Shown here: positions 1 to 10,200 of the stretch, in pieces
Position numbering within the stretch: position 1 is the stretch's first letter
Layout: every line of letters starts with the position of its first letter
Assembly: GCA_000934665.2 (NCBI GenBank)
Contig: KZ538280.1
Location: 1 to 64,000 of the forward strand
Direction of reading: 5' to 3'
Source of the DNA: Catajapyx aquilonaris
Taxonomy: Eukaryota
DNA: 64,000 nucleotides
Program-made: the position numbers and the translations under genes
The notes under the pieces: model-generated
What the model saw: the letters and a program-made list of their open reading frames with translations, nothing else
Told to the model about the DNA's origin: nothing
Database searches by the model: none

Positions 1-192
1 GGGGGGGCAGGGTGTTGTTTAGATGGTGGACGCACTAATATCGGGACTCGTCAACTCGTGTCAAGATGACTAGAGATAAATGGGACGCTCGCAAATTCAA
101 CCCCTTGATATTTTTTTTCCGTATTATTATAATGTGGCAACTTCACTCATATGAGGGACACAACCCTTTATTATTAGTCATATATACGATTT

Positions 193-288
193 TTTTAAAA
201 AAAAGACAAGGGGTGGAACTTTTAAAAGACAGGGGTCGAAATGTTAAAAGACAAGGGTCGAAATTTTAAAAGACAAGGGTCGAATTTT
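193..288. repeat. Tandem repeat, ~22-bp unit (TTTTAAAAGACAAGGGTCGAAA), 4 copies
   Basis: AAAAGAC starts at 201, 224, 246 and 268; each copy is followed by A(A/G)GGGT(C/G)GAA, with one extra G in the first copy. Confidence 0.9.
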
Positions 289-340
289 CGTTTCACTGCT
301 AAGTTAGCAGTAACTAATTAGCAATGTGACGAAAATTCCA
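277..340. mobile_element. Degenerate copy of the short GGG...CCC palindromic element at 32934
   Basis: GGGTCGAATTTTCGTTTCACTGC...AAGTTAGCAGTAACTA...GCAATGTGACGAAAATTCCA aligns with 32934-33006. Confidence 0.7.
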
Positions 341-1504
341 TTCAGAAAATCCAGGTTTTCTGGCTTCTTATGAATCTTTCAACCCAATGGATGTAATTTT
401 CGTTCAGAATATTTTATGGCGAAAGTTATTTCCAATTCAGTTGAGGGAATTTTTTTTGGGGGGGAGGGTGACGTCAGGTGAATTTCTGACCCTAACCGCG
501 TTCTCAGACTCCTCTCCGGGTCCGGGTCATTAATCGAAATAATTTGACAGAAAAATCAATTACTCCGCTCGGTGAGCGGGTGAATGAAGCATGCAGAGAA
601 TTTTTTCGCCTCCCCCTCAAGTTGAAGTTAGTCGAGCGGACTCGAATCGTATGCTAGGGGAAAAAAAGAGAAGAGAATAAAAAAAAAGTGTCCCGAATAA
701 TTTTCTCTCCCCCCCCCCCCTCCCTGTCCCGCGCACTTACATCATTCTTTGGGTGGGCATCGCGGCCTCTCCCTGACCTGTGATCATCAGATGAAATGGC
801 ATTCTTAACATTGCAGGCCGTGTTGTTGGGGGGAAGCTGCGGCTGCAAGATGAGTTATGCCGGTTTAGAAAATATGGCATGTTGCACATTTTACGTTCCT
901 GGCGCGACATTGGAGGCAGGTGGAAAAGTAATGTACTTTAGGGGGTCCGCTTTATATAAGGTAGGAGGGGGAGAATAAATATTTGCATTATTAATTTGCA
1001 GTTTTAGAATGATTCATAGTAAGGAGTAGCTATAGGTATTCTCAAGGGATTGGACGTTGTATATTGATTTATGCACTGTAATATGGAGTGCGTTTAGCAT
1101 GTGGGTGTCTGAGGGACACTGTAGCATGCGGCGTATGATTGGGGGAAATTATTGTGGCTCTTTATGTATTTATTAGTATTTATATTGTGATTCATTAGTA
1201 ATTCCTTGGAGAAGTAGGCTAAATAAATGTTTCAGTATGATAAATTGATGTATTTACTAACTAATAGTTATTTAAATTTGTTGTGAATATGCGGTGTTGC
1301 AACTTGACTCGCCATTCCAGTTATCGGTATGTTGCTTATTATTTAGCAGTTATTATTTAATCGGAATATATGAACCACAAATGTATTAGATTACATCGAA
1401 TCAGCATGATCACTGCAGTGTCATTCCCAATACTTAAAATATGAAATAAATTGCCTTTCATTAATATTCAAGTAGTACTCGAGTATTTTTGATTATTAGC
1501 AATA

Positions 1505-1643
1505 CAGGGTGTTTTTCACTACTCAAGATACTGCCAATACGAGTCAAAAATGTAGGGGTAAGAAATGTCGAGGGACCAACCGGTAACAGCATAAGACATT
1601 TTCAGTGATCTTAGACTATAATAGATAGGCTATAAACACCCTG
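1505..1643. mobile_element. Tc1/mariner-type MITE with CAGGGTG termini
   Basis: TA-CAGGGTGTTT at the left end and AAACACCCTG-TA at the right end; TA TSD; no ORF. Confidence 0.7.
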
Positions 1644-1708
1644 TATTATTGATAGTGTCGGTAATGCCTTTTCATATTATTTTCATTCTTTCTTCATATT
1701 AATTCTTC

Positions 1709-1771
1709 CCTAGTTTGCGTTGATACTACCGGGTCTACGGATTAGACCCGGTAGTATAAACGCAAACTAGG
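1709..1771. repeat. Near-perfect inverted repeat (29-bp stem, 1 mismatch, 5-nt loop)
   Basis: CCTAGTTTGCGTTGATACTACCGGGTCTA / TAGACCCGGTAGTATAAACGCAAACTAGG. Confidence 0.85.
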
Positions 1772-3464
1772 AAAAATCTTCCATTATGTAAAGATATTCA
1801 AAATACGTAATCAGATATCGTTTCTTAATTTGCATCGATACAAGCGGCCCTTATTAGGTAGATATGTATTATACGAACAATTCATTTGGAGTACTATAGA
1901 GTATATCAAGTGAGAAAAATCCATGCCAGTTACTCAGCGTAGTCATGCACTCAAATGACCGAGTCATATGACGCGCATGACTCTGACATATCCTTTCAAT
2001 ATAGGGCATTATCCCCGCGGTCGGCCCGCTGGCCCATTTGATACACGACTCTTTCCATCAAAATGGACACACGATTGCGAATGGGCAAATATTCCGTAAC
2101 TAATCAAATATCTCCTGCTTGCGTTTACGCAGCGCAAAGATGACAATCGCCACATGCGTCCTCCGCCCATTACAGATCCAATCCAAACTTATGCCCCATT
2201 CACCAATATGAAACGTCTCCATATAGATATGCTGTCCTTTTCCCCGCGAATCGATAATCGAGTCGTTCGTACACCGGTGGCAGATAAATATTGAAACCTA
2301 GCAATCAGGAAACGACACCTCTCCAATACCCTCCCCTCCCTCCCCCCCTTCCAGCTCCCATATCCCCCACATGCCCCTCACTCCCGCCACCTCACCCCCT
2401 CAGCGCAGTTGCCACATCACATGCTGCGGGGCATTGTTATGGAAAATTGAGTTACCTTAATTGGGTAAAACATAATGCAATGGAGTGGCGGGCTTGCTGG
2501 AGGGATGATTGTCCGGGGTCATTTCGCAGGATTGTCCACGAGAGGTGCGGAAGAGCGTTCACTAACGCTGTTACATTTTTTATTCACCCCTCCCCCAATC
2601 CCACACTCTCAACCCCCTCCATCCCTCACATCCCCCCCCCCCTTTACCCCACACTCCATTCTCCTGTCACAATCTTGACTACCTCGTCTTCTTCCGTATG
2701 CGGCCAAAATCTGTTTCACTTTGTCGCCATCCACCCAGAAGCCACTTAAACGCTTTGAATATTTATCCGACCTCTGGCCTGAAATAGTTTCCTACTCTTC
2801 AATTTGTGAGTTAGTGCGGTGGCCATCGCGACCTAAGTGGTCAACATGGACCTGGACCTCCCCACTACCTCCATCAGATTTTATTACTAACCATTTTCCT
2901 CATTCATCAGCCAAAATTCACCTACAAGCTTCCACTTAATCTACTCCCATAATATTGCACTCTCACTCGATTTAGAGTCGACTACTTTGTCGCACTTTAT
3001 CACAAAGCAAAGCTTAATGTGATTTCACCTGATCTTCCTTTTATACTGATGGGTTGCTAGACCCTTATCCCTCTTCTCACATATTAGTTGCGCTGCTAAA
3101 TACGCTAATAAATTAATTGCCCTGGCGAGAAGGTTACAATTACTGCATATGAAACTGTGTGGACAAAGAATTAGCTGGTGGATATAAAAGCCAATGGAGT
3201 GTTGTAAGTAGGTGGCTAGCTACTTAAAATTGCTTGTCAAGCGTTACAAATGTTTGCTGAAAATAATGCACGTTACTTTCAAGTGGTATATAGTGAAATG
3301 GATTGCAGAATTTGGCATATTTTGTATATAGTTATTTATTAAAGTGGTTTGCTCTTAAGGAGTATTTAACTTTTGAATAATTAGATTAGCCCTGTTGTAT
3401 GAACGCAAAATATATTTTCGTGTACTGATTATCGCAATCCATAATTCGAGATTTTATATTGAGC

Positions 3465-3630
3465 TGATACAAGCGGATCTGGGGGTGACACAGCCTTCCA
3501 CCTCTGAGGTCCTGGGTTCGATCCCCGTGTCGGACAGAGGATACTTACGCGATCGAGTTTCGATGAGTTCTCTTCGTGTTCGCGTGGGTTTTCTCGGGGT
3601 TCTTTCGTTTCCTCCCACAATCAAAATCCA
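3465..3630 (+). mobile_element. tRNA-derived SINE with V-domain-like core (boundaries approximate)
   Basis: B-box GGTTCGATCCC near 3515, followed by GTTCTCTTCGTGTTCGCGTGGGTTTTCTCGGGGTTCTTTCGTTTCCTCCCACAATCAAAA, which resembles the V-SINE central domain; no TSD found. Confidence 0.7.
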
Positions 3631-4186
3631 CAACAGAACAGGCAATGATAAAATATTATTTGTTTGCTGAAACCTATTCGCCTTGGTGGCCATATTTACT
3701 CTTCCTAGGCACTTCTTAGTACAGTACAGGTACTCTATACTCTATAGACAACCATTAATGGTTGGTCTTGGCGTTTTTACTTTAAAATTGATGGCTGTAG
3801 GGTTTTACGTGAAATTATGTTTTAATTGGAAAGTTTGATATGTGTCCATAAAACCTCTAGTACCGGTACTGTATATTTTGAAGCGATAATAAGGTCTTGG
3901 GATGGGTCCCTTATGGTGAAGGTATTATCGATAGGAACTAGATCTGTGATTCAAGTGTTCTTTTGGTTTCAAGAAAAACATTATGATATGATTGTACAGC
4001 TGCAGTTCTTCCCTCTACTGTAATACGCCAATGAAGATCTGATATGCAGATTTGAAAAGTATAATAAGTAATATTTTGGTTGAAATCGAGTTAGGCATTG
4101 CATAATGTATTCCTCTAGTTTCTGGTGGTCGAGTCATATTTTTGTTAAAGACATTACACGGCCATAGAAAAATATTTGAAAATATA

Positions 4187-4277
4187 CAGGGTGCTCCAGA
4201 TTCGTAGGCCACTTTTTGATAACTGATATCGGGCGATATCAGTTATCAAAAAGTGACACACGAATTGGAACACCCTG
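4187..4277. mobile_element. Palindromic Tc1/mariner-type MITE, internal-deletion form of the 50234 element
   Basis: TA-CAGGGTG...CACCCTG-TA; nearly fully self-complementary; both arms match the arms of 50234-50482. Confidence 0.85.
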
Positions 4278-5877
4278 TATATCCCATAAAGGATAACGTA
4301 ATCTGGATACTTCAACTTATCATAATTATATCAAAATCAGTCAAATATGACCATGATCTTTCAGCATCTCAGTTCTTCAGATTGATTCTCTTACTTCTTC
4401 CATGTGTTGTCGAGTTGTACTGGTTAATCATTGCTTTAAATTACTGGACGTAAAAACAGCAGGTAGGACTATACCCAAGTCAATCGATAGAGTCCACGTA
4501 AAGATGCAGCATATTGAATGTGGGCCGTACAGTACGCACAGTAATTATATATGCGCATCGTTCATGACTAGCGTATTCATTTACATAGTGCTATTATTAT
4601 TGACATTAATACGATGTTTCAGAAGTAACCAGACATCAGTACCTTGTATATGGGTGAAATGTCGCAAACTGGTTTAATGTATCAAACGGCTTTCATAATT
4701 ATTATAACGACATCGCTTCACCGAATAGTTTTGTGCCATAATTCCTCTTATCCGTTGTGTTATAAATTGTGTGGCGGAGTAGCCATGAGATAATGGGGCG
4801 TCTGCTTCACACTCACAGGTATGTCCAAATACACCTACAATTCGTAAGAATATTGCAAAACCATATTGATTGCTTATTACGAATTTAAAATGGCAACACT
4901 GTGTAAAGTAGGCAAGTCTGATCCCGCAAGCTCCAGGTTTCCTTTCTCATTCGAGCGGAGTTGCGCCCTCTCCGCCCTACTCTCAGACGCAAAGCGAATG
5001 GAGCAGTAGCCTTACCACCAGGGCACAGCACAAATACCATATATGAAATACTGAACTTGCACATGCTGCATCTTGTACCTGCCCACTTACCCAAGCACTT
5101 ACCTATATGTACCAGCACGCTTTAGCGGAATTGCACAAGACAATGTGCAAGCAGTACACTACCTACAAAAAATATTTCGCAAAATTGTGATTCCTAGTGC
5201 TACAAGCTACAGATGTGATCATGTTCATCATAATTCGTCGAAATAAATTCACCTCAGATGCGCAGTATGCTGTACTGTTCAACAAACCGAAACTCACTGA
5301 AAAATCAGGTTAATTAACTTTGTTGGTTTTGATTTTCTTCCTCTAGACTGAGTTTCAATTGAGAAATTTATGAATAAAAGATGCTGATTGCGACATTATC
5401 AGCCTTTTGCCCGGAATGTGATGTGCAGGGTAAAGGCTGTAATTTGGAGTTGAAATAAATCCGTGTTTTTCTCTCTGTCGGCATTTGTCGCTTCATAATA
5501 ATTATCTCCATATGTCGGCAATATTCTTTTTAGAATTAGTCCCCCATAGTAGCAATGCATGAAATACAGGATGAGTGCTCTCATCACAAGATCGGTCACC
5601 TTTGCACTGAAGCAGGTACTGGAATATATTCTTGCATATATGACTATAATGCGAGTGTTTTCTGTTGGGACTAACCCCTTGAAAAATTGCATCTTGAAAT
5701 TATGTAGGCTATTTGTACACGTCAAAATACTTATTAAACAAAAAATCCAAAAAATTCCCATCAGCAGCTTATATTGCGTCTTCCACAAGGGCTTCTCATG
5801 CGCAAAAAACTCATTAAAAACTTGCCTGTCATGAAACAGCAATGCTTAAATTAAACTTCATCATATTCCACGTGCCG

Positions 5878-5926
5878 TAGTAATAGTAATCGTCGTAGTA
5901 ATAGTAGTAGTAATAGTGATAGTAGT
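5878..5926. repeat. Degenerate (TAG/TAA)n microsatellite
   Basis: tagtaatagtaatcgtcgtagtaatagtagtagtaatagtgatagtagt. Confidence 0.7.
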
Positions 5927-6297
5927 GGTTTGTGGATAAGCTTTTGACAGCATATTGGAAATGTGCATTATTTATTAGCAAAGAGAGAAAATATTAGTTT
6001 GTAAAATTATAAATGTTTCGCCGGTAAATAAAAAGCTGCTTTCTAATATAGAGTAGAAGCATACTAAAACTGTGATAGGTTCTACCAGGTGATGCATAGT
6101 TTAAAACACACAGGTCAATAATTATATACAAAATTGTTGAAACAACAAATAGTTGTTGTACTGTATTGGTCAAACTGTATAAGCTCTATTTTGCATACAT
6201 GCTAAATGCAAAGTCATGTTACAAATTAAGTGTCGGATACTGCATTTTACCGAATTTGTGAATTAACCTATTTCACTATCACGCTGCTACACTACTA

Positions 6298-6367
6298 CAG
6301 CCCAGTCCTTCTTTTCCGGAATAAACGGAACCGAGAGATGTCCGGATAATCCGGAGGCCAGGACTGG
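6298..6367. mobile_element. Possible pogo/Tigger-like MITE fragment
   Basis: Starts TA-CAG; inverted CCAGTCCT/AGGACTGG; repeated TCCGGA(TAA) subterminal-type motifs. Confidence 0.3.
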
Positions 6368-7015
6368 AGAGTTCGGGAATTTTGAAAAAAAAATGCTTGT
6401 TGCAGGAAATGAAGGGGTCGGGGGCTGGGTGTGGTAGTAGCACCTCGTTGTGTATACGTATTATCAGTATACGTCCATACTTATTGGATTGAGTTCAAAC
6501 TTAAGCTATTGTGCTACGTTGCATGGTAGCGACGCCATGCGGGTTAATATGAAATGGCAAATTCTAACCACTTGAAGCGCTGGCGAAAGAAGGCGCAATT
6601 TTCAATTCCGAATATTGACAATTAGTCAATCGCACTTTAATCACCACAACTTAAATCGTTAATGAATAAAATGGCATATTTGGAAATATTCACCATCTCT
6701 GATAAAATATAAGTTTAAGCTTATCTTTATGTTTTCCTGATGAATTGATTTTTTTTGTGAGAGATTCTTTAGCGCATTCAAAAATCCTTACCGAAATTGT
6801 TATTACGTTCCAAAATTGATGATTGTTTTCTGTAAATGTCATGCAATCCCGCTATACAATATGCTAAAAATGGATGTTTCCCGTTTAATATTATTTTGGC
6901 AGTTAATGCTCCGCCCATCAATACTCGAAATATTCGTGATAAGTTTATTTAAAAATCTGATCAAAATTCCAGCTCCAGTTGTTGTCTTATGGTGTGGATG
7001 TGATGGCGAAGATTT

Positions 7016-7251
7016 TTTTTAATTTTTCATATTTTTATTTTACTTATCCCGGAATTTGGAATTTTCGGGTACAATGTCTGAAACTGGGACATGTGCAGTC
7101 TCCCTGTAGGTTAGGTTGCCAGACGCCTCCAATTCGCGGGTCAGAGACCCTCCTGACGCAGGCGAAAGGGAACTCCCGGGTGGGGATCGAACCCGGGACC
7201 TTTCGCTCAGCAAGCCAAGTCGTTACCGACTCGGCCACCACTCCTCCCCCG
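7016..7251 (-). mobile_element. Full-length tRNA-derived SINE with A-rich tail and diverged 16-bp TSD
   Basis: Minus strand has A-box TGGCCGAGTCGG, B-box GGTTCGATCCC and an A-rich tail (plus-strand T-rich 7016-7045); flanks GTGATGGCGAAGATTT (7000-7015) and GTGATGTCGAATATTT (7252-7267) match at 14/16. Confidence 0.85.
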
Positions 7252-10200
7252 GTGATGTCGAATATTTCATGGCTACTGTCAAATAAGTGCCTTTCGCGAC
7301 CAGACCTGACCGGTACAAATGGTTGTCTTATGTCTGGGAAACTACTTTGCCCACTTGATACATGCTTCCCCCATTATGGCACGAGGCTCAGAGTTTGGGA
7401 ACTGATACGTAAAACGTGACAGGCCTACTTGATCCACAACACCACATTGAAGTACTCCTCTTTGCAACTTTCCATGGTCCTGGCTTTAGAGACCACTCCC
7501 CAGTGATCGGTGTAGTTTCAGTTACAAGTTGTTAGGAATTTAAAAGGTAGGCCTACACTTAGTAACCATACATTGGAGAAGTCTAGAGAAAGAGGGTTTT
7601 TTTGATTAATGAACGAGTGGAATTTCTACTCATTGCTGGTAGTTTCATCCTAAAGCTTACCAAAAATGTACACCTACCACTTTTCTTTTTTTTTTGAAAA
7701 ATTAACTTTCATACTTAATGAACGCCCTCTATAGATTCACTCCAACCCTTTCTCTTGGATCCTGAGTATATGCTGGTCACCTCTTATACAAGACAGCACC
7801 CCCCAACTGCAGCAGTCCGCATCGTAATTTCCATAAATCCTGTGGAGATTCCCAAGTTTTTGCCCGGAGCCCAAAGGAGCAAGCCAAGTTGAAAGGGATC
7901 AGAACGAGACGGAACAAAGACCAAAGTTGAATCTGCAAGTGCGTCGAGTCATGCATAACTCCCTCTAGCTACTTGCTGCATCTGTCCAAGTAGCCCTGCT
8001 TGCTCCAGCAGCATAAGGAGAGGGGGAGGGGGGGGGGTGTGTGTAGCTTCCTCCAAGTTGGTTTCCCCCAAGCCAAGCAACCTCTCTCTCTCGTCTTGCA
8101 CAAACTCGGACAATTAGAAGCGAGAATCTGTGTACCTTCGTCATTCCGACGTCGGGCTAACTTGGAGGGGGTTAGACTCCCAAAAATTGGACCGGGGAAG
8201 AAGAAGAAGAGAAACCCTCCGCCGGTTGGCTCCAAGCTTGCGAAGCTGTCTCCACCTCTCTGCCTTCTCTCTTCTGAATATTAATTGCCTTCCAACCCCC
8301 CCGCCCCCTTCTTCCTTTGAATTAATTACCACCCCAACTGGTTAAAGCAAGCCCCTTTTCCGGCTGACTCGCTGTCCAAATAAGCCTACTTGCTATAGGC
8401 CGGGGCATAATCCCTCCCCAGATGTAGGTAGTTTGTTGCGGAAAGATAAATGCGCTGATAAAACGTGATTGCAGATAACTAACTTTGCGGAAGAGGGGAA
8501 GGGAATTTTGATTTCGGCCAGAGATGTTTACAGCCCGCGAACTTCGCCATTCGCAGTTTAGCGACATTAGCTCCCGCAGAGTTATTTACTGAAGTTGACT
8601 ACTCAGAGGAACCTGTGCTATTTATCGCGCTTTGCTACTTTATTGATTTTATAATATAGTTTCGGGATGAGTCTATGTGGGCTTGCTGGAGGAGGTTCTA
8701 GTAGAGTTGTGCAGTCGCTGATTATTTCAAAAGCTGCTTATCAGAAGGATAGCAAATAAGTTTTAAAGGTATCCTGGCGCTATGCAACCGTCAGCACTTG
8801 AGCAAAGAGAATGGGTTTTCCCCAGCCTTCACATGTTGATGGCTACATATCGCCAGAACAATGTAGTCAAGTAAATCCTTTAGTAAAAAATAATGTGTCG
8901 AAATACACAATTCCTAGTGTATTGTGGCTCCTTTATTTATTTTAAATCGTGCCATCTATTCATATCAACTTTCTATATCCTCATCATTTTCCAGCCAAAC
9001 ACCCCCTTGAATCGTTCCATACCTATATAGACAAATTTCCTCTCCCTACAATTATCTTAGAAGATAGCCTTTCCGCTCTGAACTAAGCACTTCAATTAGC
9101 AGCATTCAGAAGGTTAGGCTCCTCCCGAGAGCAATGCAAAAATGAGCCCTGACATATTACAATAGCAGGCCGAGGAAATTCCACGGAGGCTTAGAAGCCA
9201 AGTGGTGGACTATATAGAGCTAACTTTGTGCCTGAGTTGGCTTTAAACCGACAAGACTTGGCGGCGATTCCAAGACACTTCCTACGGGGAATCTAACCCC
9301 GGCTCCTAAATCAATTAAGGGGCTGCTACTTGGCGAAGGATTAAGGAATAAGATCCCCCCTTTCCATTCTCTCCCCCCTCCCCTTCCTCCCTAGCTCTCC
9401 TTCCGCCCTCCCTTAGTTTACCCTCCCTTCCGCCATCCGTCTTGATCCACCAAGATGACCAAAGGAGAGGAAGCAACCGACCGCGGAATTCGGTGCATGC
9501 AGCTCTGAGCAAGATGAATCGAAGATATTTATCGAGTAATGAATTGGGCTCCATTTTGGTAGGGGCGGGTTCAATTCTAAGTGGGCGATGAGGAATAGAT
9601 GAAGGCTCACACCCCTCAAGATCCCACAACGTTTGGACAAAGTTTGGACGCTAGGACTTGTTTTGACGTGGTGCCGGTGCAGCTACACGGCTCTTTTCTC
9701 TTCAAAGGAAAGAGGTCACGTTGCCTGCAGGTAGATGTACTTTCCATTTGGCTGGGTGGTCATCAGAAGCTGCGTCCTTTGATCTTATTTAACACCATGC
9801 CAGCCCTAGCCCCAAGTCTAATCCGCCGTTTCTAATTATTTTGTCTCAATTTTCAAAGCCACGATACGGGTGCTAATGAAAGACAGGACAGTCTGAGCGC
9901 AATTATTTTGTTTTCCCAACCCAGGCTTGCAGTGTACAAAGTGTAAAATACAGGCAGAAGGTTCCACTTATTGCTAATGCTTTTTGTTTATGTTCAAAAA
10001 GGCTTTTAAAATGCTCTCTGTAAAATAATTACCTAGGTGGCAATTTTTGACCGGTGCAACTCATGCACCAACCTACTGCAAGTCAACATACGCTGCAAAC
10101 AGGCCAGTTGTACTCTCCGAAAAAAAATACTACAAAGTATAGCTGTGCATGGCAACACCCCGCCTCCCAAATAGCGATAATCAGGTTATCCCGCCCTATG

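Noticed and set aside
193..288. CRISPR-like array (also considered for 41696-41938 and 49029-49140)
   Set aside because: Units are head-to-tail with no unique spacers, there are no cas genes, and the context is eukaryotic
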